A DNA stretch of 64,000 bases from an uncultured delta proteobacterium (lineage in GTDB: Bacteria; Desulfobacterota; Binatia; UBA9968): positions 108,518 to 172,517 of the forward strand of contig CAWJZV010000027.1 in assembly GCA_963847445.1 (NCBI GenBank), written 5' to 3'. The notes under the pieces were generated by a model that saw only the letters and a list, made by a program, of their open reading frames with translations, did not search any database and was not told the DNA's origin. Position 1 is the first letter of the stretch, and each line of letters starts with the position of its first letter. Position numbers and translations under genes: made by a program. Positions 1 to 9,805 of the stretch are shown in pieces.

Positions 1-201
1 AAAGACAGCGTCTCGGGCGGCCGGGTGTTATGCTTGCCGCTCCACCCGTTCGTCATCGGCATGCCGTTCCGGATTAAATATTTGGAAATGGCGCTGGAGT
101 ATATGTGTTCGCACGATGGCGTGTGGCGCACGACCGGATGGGAGATCGCCGAGTGGTACTACAAGAACTACTATAAGGATCCGGGGCGGTTTGAGGGATG
201 A
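1..201 (+). CDS. Polysaccharide deacetylase / PuuE-like protein, C-terminal part (runs off window start)
   Basis: Own translation of frame +1: KDSVSGGRVLCLPLHPFVIGMPFRIKYLEMALEYMCSHDGVWRTTGWEIAEWY..., matching the LHP-x2-G..P.R and VW.TT..EIA motifs of CE4/PuuE-like C-termini; TGA at 199-201. Confidence 0.75.
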   Translation, partial: KDSVSGGRVLCLPLHPFVIGMPFRIKYLEMALEYMCSHDGVWRTTGWEIAEWYYKNYYKDPGRFEG

Positions 202-256
202 GGAGAAACCGTAAGGGGTGAAGGGCAAGGGGTAAGGCGATCGGAGGAGCGAGTTC

Positions 257-1702
257 ATGGGCATTGGCGTAGAAAAGAAGTTTGTTTTCGATACTGTCGA
301 GCGTAATGGCGGGGCGATCGCGCAGCTATGTGACAATATTTTTTATTTCGCTGAGCTGGGCATGCAGGAGTTCGAGACCTCCGGGTTGATGATGGAGCTG
401 TTGGACAAGGCGGGCTTCGCCATCGAACGAAATCTTTCCGGCATGCCGACCGGTTTCGTCGCGACTTACGGTTCGGGTAAGCCGGTGATCGCTTTACATA
501 CCGAGTTCGACGCGACACCGGCCTGCTCGCAGCAGGCCGGCGTCATCGAGCCGGCGCCGATCGTCGATGGCGCGCCGGGACACACGGAAGGCCACAACGT
601 CAATGGCGCGGTAATGATCGGCGCCGCGATCGCGATCAAGCAGGCGATGGATCGTTTCGGCCTCAAAGGCACGCTGAAAGTTTTCGGCGCCCCCGGCGAA
701 GAGCAACTGGTGAGCCGGCCCTATTTCGTGCGCGATGGCTATTTCAAAGATGTCGACGTGGCATTGCACGATCATATCGGCACCGGCTTCGGCACGGTTT
801 ACGGGCTGCGCCAGTATGCGCTTATTTCCGCCGAGTTTACTTTCAAGGGACAGTCCGCACATGCGGCGACTGCGCCGTGGAACGCGAAAGACGCGCTCGA
901 TGCGGTGGTATTGATGGACATCGGTTGGGACAAACTGCGCGAGCACTTGGAGCCGACCCAGCGCAGCCACCGAGTGATCACCAACGGCGGCGACCAGCCC
1001 AACGTGATTCCCAACAAGGCGGCGATCTGGTGGTTTTTCCGCGAAGCGACGGCGGAGAAAACCCGCGCGCTGTTCGAAAAGGCCAAGCGCATCGCCGAAG
1101 GCGCGGCGATCATGACCGACACGACTTATTCAGTCAACGTGCTGAGCGCCGTCTGGCCGACGCGGGCGAACCGGACTTTGGCCGAAGTTATTCAGGCCAA
1201 CGTCGAGCAGATTGGCATGCCGCAATGGGCCGAAGGGGAGCAGAAGTTAGTCTGCGACTTGCAAGCCAAGATCAACAAGAAAGCCGCCGGCATGCCGACG
1301 CAAATCATGCCGCTGAAAGAATGCGTGCAGTCGGTCTCCGCCAATGACTCGGGTGAGGTATCCTGGGTCGTGCCGACTGGATTGATTACGTTTCCGTCGA
1401 ACATTCCCGGCGTCTCCTATCATCACTGGTCCGCCGGCGTGTCGTTGGCGACGACCATCGCGCACAAGGGCGCGGTCGCCGGCGCCAAGGCGATGGCGGC
1501 GTCGGCGCTCGATCTGTTCATGGATACCAAACTGGTCGCTCAGGCGAAGCAGACTTTCAAAGCAGAGATCGGCGATACCGAGTACCGTCCGCTGCTGCCG
1601 CCGGATCAAAAACCGCCGCTGGAATTGAACCGCGATTTGATGGAGCGCCATCGGCCGGCGATGCGCGCGCATTATCTCAAAGAGAAGCCGGTGTTTAGCT
1701 AA
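257..1702 (+). CDS. M20 family amidohydrolase (AbgB-like)
   Basis: 481 aa; ELGMQE, GH.EGHN, GAPGEE, H-A-A-x-A-P-W..DALDAV and GGDQPNVIP motifs typical of AbgB/M20D. Confidence 0.85.
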   Translation: MGIGVEKKFVFDTVERNGGAIAQLCDNIFYFAELGMQEFETSGLMMELLDKAGFAIERNLSGMPTGFVATYGSGKPVIALHTEFDATPACSQQAGVIEPAPIVDGAPGHTEGHNVNGAVMIGAAIAIKQAMDRFGLKGTLKVFGAPGEEQLVSRPYFVRDGYFKDVDVALHDHIGTGFGTVYGLRQYALISAEFTFKGQSAHAATAPWNAKDALDAVVLMDIGWDKLREHLEPTQRSHRVITNGGDQPNVIPNKAAIWWFFREATAEKTRALFEKAKRIAEGAAIMTDTTYSVNVLSAVWPTRANRTLAEVIQANVEQIGMPQWAEGEQKLVCDLQAKINKKAAGMPTQIMPLKECVQSVSANDSGEVSWVVPTGLITFPSNIPGVSYHHWSAGVSLATTIAHKGAVAGAKAMAASALDLFMDTKLVAQAKQTFKAEIGDTEYRPLLPPDQKPPLELNRDLMERHRPAMRAHYLKEKPVFS

Positions 1703-1742
1703 CGGAATGTCTCACGCTGTTGGTAGTTTATCGGGGGAGTCA

Positions 1743-1977
1743 CTCACCACGAAGGTCACGAAGGGTTGGGATGACCAAATCTCCGAACTTCGTGCTCTTC
1801 GTGTCCTTATTCGAAAATACAGGGCATCGGTTTGTAGGATGTGGTGACCAAAGGGAACCGCATCGTTGGTAAGCCGCACTCCCTCGATGCGGTTCGCGGA
1901 CTCACCACATCCTACGGCTTTCGCTATTTTGATTGTCCGTAGGTGTGCGTAAGCACATGAAACACTTCGTGGTGAAA
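1743..1977. repeat. Composite palindromic intergenic repeat (TCACCACGAAG...CTTCGTGGTGA) with a nested GTAG-type REP doublet
   Basis: Outer arms tcaccacgaag (1744) and cttcgtggtga (~1965); inner inverted pair gtaggatgtggtga..aaccgcatc / gatgcggtt..tcaccacatcctac at 1834-1915. Confidence 0.7.
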
Positions 1978-2170
1978 AACTATTTCCCATTGGGTTGTGT
2001 GGGAGCCGCGCTGGGATATCTGTGCGTTTGTGGCGAATCCTTCCGGTAGTTCGAGGCCAATGGTTAGATCGAAGAAGAAGTGCCTTCACTTAAGAGGCAC
2101 TACACTGGATGTTTCTTGAATGAATAACGGATGGCCGTGCGTTCACCTTAGCCCGCGGAAATGTCATGTG

Positions 2171-2252
2171 TGTCATCCGGAGGCGATACCGAAGGATCTC
2201 GCTTTCGTAAGCGGCTGACAAGACGATATGCCTCGCTCGGCTCGGCATGACA
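2171..2252. repeat. TGTCAT...ATGACA palindromic repeat (CGTC/GTCA-tagged REP-like)
   Basis: tgtcatccggagg...gaaggatctc...ctcggcatgaca; related copy at 3921-3987. Confidence 0.6.
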
Positions 2253-2295
2253 ACATCTTTGCAACCGTCAATCATTGTCCCACGCGATTGGCAGT

Positions 2296-3015
2296 CTACC
2301 GCTCACTCACTTCCGCCACCAAAGTCACCGTCGACTTGACGTCGACGGTTCCCTGCTCGATTGGTGTCGGCGCGGCGGCGGCCGCCATATCGGCTCTGGC
2401 CATGGGCGCCGCTCGGTAGACCGGTTGAAAGGAGCGTTCGCCCTCGGTCACCGAGGAGATTCTGACGATCTTTAGTCCCAGTGACGCGGCGATGGCTTCG
2501 GCTTTGACTTTCGCTTTGGCGGCGGCTTGCTTGAGAGCGTCGAGACGGGCGCCTTCTTCGTCTTTTAACGTGAACGCCAGACGGTTGATGTTGTTGGCGC
2601 CGGCCTGCATGGCGGCGTCGATCAGCTTGCCGACTTCGTCGAGCTTGGCGGTCTTGATGCGCACGATGTTGTTCGCCGTGTAGCCGACGATTTCCGGTTT
2701 GCCGCCTTGGGGATAGCGGTATTGCGGCGTGAGCGAGTAGCCGCTGGTTTTCACTTCGTCCCCTTTGCCCAGTAGCTTTTTTACTTCGCCGAGGACGCGG
2801 GAAATCCGCTCGGCATTTTCTCGCGACGCGTCCGGCGCGGTGCGCGCTTGGTTAGTGACGCCGATATCGATCTGCGCCTGGTCGGGTTCGGCGGCGATGG
2901 TGGCTTCGCCGTTGACCGCTATCGACGGCGGTCGGGGCCGTTCTGGGCCTTGCTGGGCCGAGGCGGCGGACGCTAAAGCTAGTAATACGATAGGGAAAAT
3001 GGACAGTGGCTTCAT
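2296..3015 (-). CDS. SIMPL (DUF541/YggE/Bp26-like) periplasmic protein
   Basis: Signal peptide; I.V.GEA.I.AEPD, GY.A.N.V.I, A...A..KAEAIA..LG and PIEQG.V.V motifs. Confidence 0.9.
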   Translation of the reverse strand: MKPLSIFPIVLLALASAASAQQGPERPRPPSIAVNGEATIAAEPDQAQIDIGVTNQARTAPDASRENAERISRVLGEVKKLLGKGDEVKTSGYSLTPQYRYPQGGKPEIVGYTANNIVRIKTAKLDEVGKLIDAAMQAGANNINRLAFTLKDEEGARLDALKQAAAKAKVKAEAIAASLGLKIVRISSVTEGERSFQPVYRAAPMARADMAAAAAPTPIEQGTVDVKSTVTLVAEVSER

Positions 3016-3124
3016 GTGCGATCCTTTCGCCGTGGGCGATGATTAGACTCCTACCGCAATAGCATCCTGGCCGCTATCTTTGACGCGCGACTGCGATATG
3101 GTCAAAAAATTAGACGAGGCGGCG

Positions 3125-3907
3125 ATGAAATCGTTCATTGGAATTTTCTTACTTTTACTCTTTACCGGCTGCACTACCCAACGAGACGAGCTCATTTGGC
3201 GGGTAAAGGACGTCGTCCTGTCGCCCTTTTCTGAGATCATATTGGAAGGGCCGGACGGTGAGCTTGTCCTGACTGTGCCGACTCGGACGATTCAGGAAAT
3301 GTTTTTAGCGCATACGCGCATCAGCCGGACGGCCAACGTGCAGAGCGAACTCTATATCGCCGCCGGCGATGAGCCGAACGCGTTCGCAGGTCCGGATGCG
3401 ACCGGGCGCAACATCATCGGTATCAACGTCGGCATGATCAAGTTGGTCGGCGCCGATGCCAGCGTGTACGCGGCGTTGATCGGCCACGAAGCGGCGCATT
3501 TGGCCAAGGGTCATGGAACATCGGGACGGCAGCGTGCCAATACCCTTGACCTGCTCGGCACGGTAGTCGGCGCGGGTCTAGGCATGGCCGGTGTGCCGGG
3601 CGGCGGCTTAGTCAGCCGACTTGCCGCCGATGTCATCGATTCGGTGTACAGCCGCGATCAGGAACGCGAGGCCGATGCTCTGGGCGTCGACTATATGCTC
3701 GCCAATCAATACGATCCCCAGGGCGCGATCCGTTTGCATGAGTTGCTGGTCAAATCCAGCAACGGCTTTCGCATACCGTTTCTTTCCAGCCATCCAAGCA
3801 GCGACGAGCGGATTGCGAATTTGCGTGGCTTAATTGCAGCGAAAAAGCCAAGAGCCGAGTCGTCACCGTCGATTCCCTCCCTCGATGGTGCCGCTGCCAA
3901 ACAATAG
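3125..3907 (+). CDS. M48 family zinc metallopeptidase, lipoprotein
   Basis: Lipobox LFTGC; PNAFA, HEAAH, YSRDQEREAD and SSHP...ERI motifs. Confidence 0.9.
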   Translation: MKSFIGIFLLLLFTGCTTQRDELIWRVKDVVLSPFSEIILEGPDGELVLTVPTRTIQEMFLAHTRISRTANVQSELYIAAGDEPNAFAGPDATGRNIIGINVGMIKLVGADASVYAALIGHEAAHLAKGHGTSGRQRANTLDLLGTVVGAGLGMAGVPGGGLVSRLAADVIDSVYSRDQEREADALGVDYMLANQYDPQGAIRLHELLVKSSNGFRIPFLSSHPSSDERIANLRGLIAAKKPRAESSPSIPSLDGAAAKQ

Positions 3908-3920
3908 CGCCGCAACGTTC

Positions 3921-3987
3921 TGTCATTCCGAGCGCGAGCGAGGAATCTCGTCTCAACGCGAGATCTCTCACGTCGTTCGAGATGACA
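3921..3987. repeat. TGTCAT...ATGACA palindromic repeat
   Basis: tgtcattccgagcgcgagcgaggaatctc...gagatctctc..cgttcgagatgaca. Confidence 0.65.
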
Positions 3988-4085
3988 TTCCATCGGATCT
4001 TTGATTGACCACAAAAGAATAATTGTCGCGCTTCCCGCCGCCGGCCGAATTGCTAGTGCGGCGCTTTTCCTGCTAAACCGATGCT

Positions 4086-5418
4086 GTGGAATCCACTGCT
4101 GAGTTAGCCCGCAACACCTCCAAGCCTAAAATATTCTACGGTTGGTACATCGTTACCGTCGGCTTTCTCGCCAACGTGGCATCGTCCTTCGCGCTGGCGA
4201 GCACGATGAGTATCTTCTTGAAGCCGCTTACCGCTGATTTGGGAATATCCCGTGGAGTTTTTTCATTACTGCGCTCCGGCGAAGGTATCATTGCCGCATG
4301 CATCGCGCCGCTGAGTCGGCACCTTGGTCGACCGTTACGGCGGGCGCTGGTTGATGGTGATCGGCACCGGCATCGTCGCGGTGGGTTATTTTCTCTTGAG
4401 TCATATCGATACCTTTGCTCAATTCGCGGCGATCCGCTTGACGCTGGTGACCCTGGGCGATTCGATGATGGGCTACATGGTGGTCAACGTCATCATCGCC
4501 CAGTGGTTCGTGCGCCGGCGCGGCCGGGCGCTGGCGATCTCGAGCATGGGCGTGGGTTTCGCCAAAGTCTGCATGCCGGTGGTGGCGGCTTCGCTGATTC
4601 TCTGGCTCGGCTGGCGCCAGACCTGGTTCGTTTTCGGCTTGATGACGTTGGGGCTGTTGGTGCTGCCGGCGCTGTTGATCATCCGGCGCTCGCCGGAGGC
4701 GATGGGATTGCTGCCAGACGGCGCGACGGCACCAGTGGCCGGCGCTGACGCGAGCGCGCATCAGTCCGCGGCGCGCATGGCTGAGACCGGGGCGCAGGAC
4801 GCGACCTGGACGCGTGCCGAAGCGGCGCGGACGACGGCGTTCTGGCTCCTGGTGATTACCTTTGGCATATCCAGTATCGGTGTGACTGGCCTCAATCTGC
4901 ATGTTTATTCCTACGTCACTGACACCGGCTACTCGGCCGTGGTCGCGGCCACGGTGATGAGCATCATCGCGTCGATGCAGCTGGCTTCACCTTTGGGCTG
5001 GGGACTTCTCGCCGAGAGAATCGGCGTGCGCTATGCCGCGACCTTGCGCTTTGTCATCCAGGGCTGCGGATTGGCGCTGGCGATACTGACCGGTAATCTG
5101 CTCTGCCTCTATGCCGGTTTTTTACTCTACGGCATCGGTCTGGGCGGCAACATGGTGTTGCCGGACATGCTCTGGGCCGATTATTTCGGGCGCCAGTCCC
5201 TCGGTAAGATTCGCGGTTTAGGTTTGCTGATCTCGCATTTTCTCGCCGCCATCGGCCCGCCGTTTTTCGGCTTTCTCTTCGATATCACCGGCGGCTACGG
5301 GCTGTCGTTTGCGATCTTTGGCGCCGTGCTGGCGACTTCGGCGCTGCTCAGTCTCATGTTGAAGCCGCCCGGCAGACTCATTGAACAATGGAGTATTGGA
5401 GTAGTGGAGTGTTGGTAG
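4086..5418 (+). CDS. MFS transporter (one apparent frameshift near 4312)
   Basis: ORFs 4086.. and 4324..5418 join at ...APL(V)GTLVDRYGGR (MFS motif A); WF.RRRG.A motif; about 12 hydrophobic segments. Confidence 0.85.
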
Positions 5419-5495
5419 TCTAGGAGTTCGGAATTTGCGCAGTGGTGGAACTCGAGCGGCATCTGGACCAGTATTCGATCGTTTGATACTCCAGC
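5389..5495. repeat. Octamer (GGAGTRNT) short tandem repeat with inverted partner
   Basis: tggagtattggagtagtggagtgttgg ... atactccag; same family at 6558-6632. Confidence 0.55.
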
Positions 5496-5556
5496 CTTTG
5501 CTCCTTTGCGCGCTTCTCTGTTAGGTAGATGGACAAATCACTCAGGAGGATCCTTC

Positions 5557-6552
5557 ATGGTTATCGATATTCACAATCACATCGTCGCCGGCGAGCAGCT
5601 GCAAACCTTCCAGGCCGGCTTGATCAACAGCGCGGGGTTTCACAAGCCGCGCGGTGTGGTTGTTACCGAGAAAGATATTCAAGCAGCTAAGTGGCATGGC
5701 CACCGCCATTCCGAAGTGCTCAGCGAGGTCGGCACGGACTTCGCTTTCATCTCGCCGCGACCCTACACGATGATGCACTCGGCGAAACCGGAAAAGATCG
5801 TTCACTGGTACTGCCAGGCGGTCAACGACGCGCTGGCGCTGCAAGTGAAAATGGAGCCCGATAAGTTTCGCGCCATTGGCGGCCTGCCGCAGAACGCCGG
5901 CGTGGCGGTGACCAACAGCTTTGACGAAATCGACCGCTGCATCAACGATCTCGGCTTCGTCGGCATCATGATCAACCCCGATCCCGGCGAGGGCGACGGC
6001 ATGACGCCGGCGATGGGACAGGAGTATTGGTATCCGCTTTACGAAAAGATGGTCAAGATGGATATCCCCGGACTGGTGCATGGCGCGAGCTGCAAGAACC
6101 CGCGCGAGTCGTTCCACGGCCACTTTATTACCGAGGAGAGCATCGCGATTCTTTCGTTGGTCGATTCCAATGTGTTCAAGGATTTTCCCAAACTCAAGCT
6201 GATCATTTCCCACGGCGGCGGCTCGGTGCCCTATCAAGTCGGCCGCTGGCGTTCGCAGTTGCGCGGTCCCAATGATACCGAGACGTTCGATCAGCGTTTG
6301 AAGCAGCTCTATTTCGACACGGCGCTGTACAACATCGAGTCACTGAAGCTCTTGTTCCGTATCTGCGGACCGGAGCGCTGTCTGTTCGGCACCGAACGCC
6401 CGGGGGCCGGCTCGAAGACCGATCCGCGCACCGGCAAATGGTATGATGATGTGAAGCCGAACATCGACAGCATTCCCTGGCTCACGGCTGACGACAAGGC
6501 GAAGATCTTCGACCAGAACGCGCTGCAAGTGTTCAGCCGGTTCAAGAAATAA
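5557..6552 (+). CDS. Amidohydrolase-2 family protein, 4-oxalomesaconate hydratase (LigJ)-like
   Basis: IDIHNH N-terminus; GLPQ..G, NPDP, YWYPLYEKM, HGGG.VPYQ.GR, YFDT and LFGTE motifs; SD aggagg upstream. Confidence 0.8.
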   Translation: MVIDIHNHIVAGEQLQTFQAGLINSAGFHKPRGVVVTEKDIQAAKWHGHRHSEVLSEVGTDFAFISPRPYTMMHSAKPEKIVHWYCQAVNDALALQVKMEPDKFRAIGGLPQNAGVAVTNSFDEIDRCINDLGFVGIMINPDPGEGDGMTPAMGQEYWYPLYEKMVKMDIPGLVHGASCKNPRESFHGHFITEESIAILSLVDSNVFKDFPKLKLIISHGGGSVPYQVGRWRSQLRGPNDTETFDQRLKQLYFDTALYNIESLKLLFRICGPERCLFGTERPGAGSKTDPRTGKWYDDVKPNIDSIPWLTADDKAKIFDQNALQVFSRFKK

Positions 6553-6557
6553 AACCC

Positions 6558-6632
6558 GGAGTTTTGGAGTGATGGAGTAGTGGAGTATTGACGGCCGGTC
6601 GACCCATCACTCCAGTACTCCACCACTCCAGT
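6558..6632. repeat. Octamer tandem-repeat hairpin
   Basis: ggagttttggagtgatggagtagtggagtatt ... catcactccagtactccaccactcca (reverse-complement arms). Confidence 0.7.
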
Positions 6633-6639
6633 CTTGCGC

Positions 6640-7899
6640 ATGTCTTCCGACACCGTCATCCTTGATCTCCACGCGCTGTCTCCCGACCGGCAGGTCGACG
6701 AACTTAAGCGCCAATACATCTCGCTGCGCGGTAAGCACTCCCTCGTTCGCGCCCGCGTCGGCGCGCTGCCGGTACGCCAGTATGTCTCGATGCTCGAACG
6801 CGGTTACCGGGTTGCGCTTGAGCGTGACAGGGAAGGTTATTTACTAAAGCTTTGGCCGGACGGTTCGACGGCGCGCTCCGGTTTGCGCGGGGCGCATTCC
6901 ATCGCTTGTCATTCCGATGGTCGTGTTTATACCAACACGACGGATAATCGCGTCGCCGTGATCGACGGCGGGACACGCACAGTCGTTAAACATATCGCCG
7001 TCGGCGACGAACCGTCGCACTTGGAGTTGGCGCACGATGGTAAGCGGCTTTATGTCGCCAACAGCGGCTCCAACGATGTGACGATCGTCGACACCACCAA
7101 CGATGGAGTGCTCATGACCGCGCCGACGGGCAAGCGACCGTTACTGCCGTGCGTCGCGGCAAATGGCGAGGCGGTTTACCTGCCGAGCGGGCCGGATCGG
7201 AACGTCACGGTGCTCGGCGGCGATGGTGAGTTTAAGAAAACCATCCCGGTCGGGTTGGCGCCGCACGATGTGGCGGTGTCGCCGGACAGCCGTTGGGCCT
7301 ATCAACCCAACTCCGCTTCCCACACCGTGACCGTGATCGACGGCAAAAACTATGCAGTCGTTGGCGAAGTGAGAGTCGGCTTGGGACCTGGCCATATCGC
7401 GTTCGATCCCGAAAGCCGCTTTGCCTACGTCGCCAATACGCTTTCCGACGATGTATCAGTGGTGCGCACCGGCGATCATGAAGTTGTCGCGACGATTCCC
7501 GCCGGCGCCGGCGCGCACTTGCCGGCGCTGAGTTCGGATGGCCGATATGGTTACGTCGCGAACTTCGCCGCCGATAGTTTGACCGTGTGGAATTGCCGGA
7601 CTCATGGGGTTATCGCAACTATTCCCGTCGGCATCTATCCGCACTTCTTCGCTCTGAGCCCAGATGGCAAGTGGCTGATAGTTTCCAACACCGGCGAATC
7701 GAGCATCTGCGTGATTGACGCCCGCGACTACGAAGCACGAGTACGACTCCCGGTGGGCGGCGCGCCGGCGCATATAGCGTTCAGTCCGGACGGCGAATTG
7801 GCGTTCGTCGGCTGTGAAAGCTCGGATGAAGTGGCGGTGGTGGATCTCGGGCGAGTCAATATCCTCGATCTGGTTCGCGCTGGCGCGATCGGTGCATGA
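6640..7899 (+). CDS. YVTN/YncE-type beta-propeller protein with small N-terminal (DUF2249-like) domain
   Basis: Repeated YVAN.GS.DV.I.D / I.VG..P blades; no signal peptide; N-terminal LDLHAL.P segment. Confidence 0.75.
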   Translation: MSSDTVILDLHALSPDRQVDELKRQYISLRGKHSLVRARVGALPVRQYVSMLERGYRVALERDREGYLLKLWPDGSTARSGLRGAHSIACHSDGRVYTNTTDNRVAVIDGGTRTVVKHIAVGDEPSHLELAHDGKRLYVANSGSNDVTIVDTTNDGVLMTAPTGKRPLLPCVAANGEAVYLPSGPDRNVTVLGGDGEFKKTIPVGLAPHDVAVSPDSRWAYQPNSASHTVTVIDGKNYAVVGEVRVGLGPGHIAFDPESRFAYVANTLSDDVSVVRTGDHEVVATIPAGAGAHLPALSSDGRYGYVANFAADSLTVWNCRTHGVIATIPVGIYPHFFALSPDGKWLIVSNTGESSICVIDARDYEARVRLPVGGAPAHIAFSPDGELAFVGCESSDEVAVVDLGRVNILDLVRAGAIGA

Positions 7900-7959
7900 C
7901 GCGGTGATTGCCAACTAAGGACTCAACTCCGGCGTGCAGGTACGGCTTGGTCATGCACG

Positions 7960-8206
7960 GGAGAATTTCCTATCGACCCTCAGTGCTCGCGGCAGGCAAA
8001 AAGAAGTTCCCGCGCTGATTTACGTGACGCACCACATCGAGGAAATCTTACCGATGTTTAAGCAGACACTAGTTCTGCGTCATGGCCAAGTGCTCCATGC
8101 CGGGAAGACTCAAGATGTTCTCAAGCCACGGGTATTGCAGGAGCTCTATAGTGCGCCTCTGTCGCTACGCAAAGGCGGTGGACGTTTCTGGCCGGTTGGG
8201 CGTTAA
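7960..8206 (+). pseudogene. C-terminal fragment of ABC ATP-binding protein (ModF/YlmA-like)
   Basis: ARENFL...YVTHHIEEI.P.F...LVLRHG H-loop region; Walker A/B absent. Confidence 0.7.
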
Positions 8207-8315
8207 ATAAATTCCGTTCATGGGTTCAAGGTTCAAAAGTTCAAAGGTTTCGGATGGCGTGAGCGCTTACCGGTGTTGACGCATTCGACCAGCCGCGCAG
8301 GTGTCTAGACTACTG

Positions 8316-9791
8316 ATGGATGCAACAACCAACAAACCGGCATCGCCGTCACGCAACCGCTGGTGGTCGTTATCCGTGGCCTCGATCGCGACGCTGATCG
8401 TCACCGCCGACACCGGGCAGTTGAGCATCGCGCTGCCGCTGATCATCACTGAGTTCGGCGCCGACCTGACATTAGCGAGCTGGATCGCGCTCGTCTACGC
8501 ATTGATCACCGCGTCGCTTTATTTGCCCTGCGGCCGCATGGCGGATCTGCTCGGCATCGGCAATCTGTTTCTCGCCGGGTTTATTTTGTATGCCGTGAGT
8601 TCCATCGCGGCGGGCTCGTCGCAGAGCGCCGTGCAGTTGGTGATCTTTCGCGCCCTGCAGGCGGCCGGCAGCGCGCTGATCATGGCGAACAATTTTGCCT
8701 TGGTGACGGCGTTGTTTCCGCCCGAAGAGCGCGGCCGGGCGATGGGCATCGCCGGCGGCGCGATCTCGGCGATCGGTTACACCATGGGTCCGGTGATCGG
8801 CGGTCTGCTGACTCATGGCTTGGGCTGGCGCTCGAATTTTTTTGTTTCTTCTGTTCTCGCCGTTGGCGGTTTCGCTGCCGCGCGGGTCCTATTGCCGCCG
8901 GAAAGTTTCAAACCCTCAGTTGCCAAAGGGGCGAAAAAAGAGCCTTTCGATTTGATCGGCGCGCTGTCCTTCGCCTGCTGCATTTCGCTGATACTATTCG
9001 GACTCGCCACGGCGCAGAAGGGCGGTTGGCAATCGCCGCTGGTGGTGGTTTCTTTGATCGCCGGCTTTGCGCTGCTGTTTTTCTTCATCCATTGGGAGCG
9101 GCGCGCGGGCGCACCCCTCCTCGATCTGGCGCTGTTTCGCATCCCCGCTTTTACCGTTGGCAACATGGCGCGCTGGATCAGTTTTATCACCATGAGCGTG
9201 AGCATCTTGCTGATGCCCTTTTACTTGCAGTTCGCGCTCGGTCTGGACCCGCTGCGCGCCGGATTCCTGGTCGCGCCGACACCCCTGGCGATGGCGCTTT
9301 TGGCGCCGCTGACCGGTTGGATGTCGGAACGGTTTGCCGCCGAACGGCTGTGCGCCGCGGGATTGGCGGTGAGCGGCTGCGCATTTGTGCTCATGAGTCT
9401 GCTGTCGCCGATGTCCACGTCCGTGCAGATCGTTGTTTGCCTCGGACTGGTCGGCATCGGCATGGGACTTTTTCAAACGCCGAACAACAATCTGCTGATG
9501 ACCGCCGTGCCGCGCCACCGTCTCGGTGTCGGTTCGGCGTTTCTGTCGATCGTGCGCAGCTTGGGGTACTCCATCGGTACGGCGCTGGCGACGACGATTG
9601 TCGGCGCGCAATTGACGGCGACCGGGGCATCGTCGTTGCAGTCGTTTGCCAAGCAGGTGGGGACGGCCGGCAGTGGTGTCGGATTAGCTGCTTTTATGCG
9701 CGGCTTTTATTTCGCGTGTTTGACGGCGGCCGTGCTGTGTTTTCTCGGCGCGCTAATCAGCTCGGTGCGGGTGTCGCGGGAAGCGCGCTAA
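8316..9791 (+). CDS. MFS transporter, DHA2 (EmrB/QacA-like)
   Basis: IALPLI, GRMADLLG, FRALQA.G, FPPEERGRAMG, GPVIGG and PLLDL.LFR motifs; about 14 TM. Confidence 0.9.
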   Translation: MDATTNKPASPSRNRWWSLSVASIATLIVTADTGQLSIALPLIITEFGADLTLASWIALVYALITASLYLPCGRMADLLGIGNLFLAGFILYAVSSIAAGSSQSAVQLVIFRALQAAGSALIMANNFALVTALFPPEERGRAMGIAGGAISAIGYTMGPVIGGLLTHGLGWRSNFFVSSVLAVGGFAAARVLLPPESFKPSVAKGAKKEPFDLIGALSFACCISLILFGLATAQKGGWQSPLVVVSLIAGFALLFFFIHWERRAGAPLLDLALFRIPAFTVGNMARWISFITMSVSILLMPFYLQFALGLDPLRAGFLVAPTPLAMALLAPLTGWMSERFAAERLCAAGLAVSGCAFVLMSLLSPMSTSVQIVVCLGLVGIGMGLFQTPNNNLLMTAVPRHRLGVGSAFLSIVRSLGYSIGTALATTIVGAQLTATGASSLQSFAKQVGTAGSGVGLAAFMRGFYFACLTAAVLCFLGALISSVRVSREAR

Positions 9792-9805
9792 AGGGTCGCC
9801 CGCGG

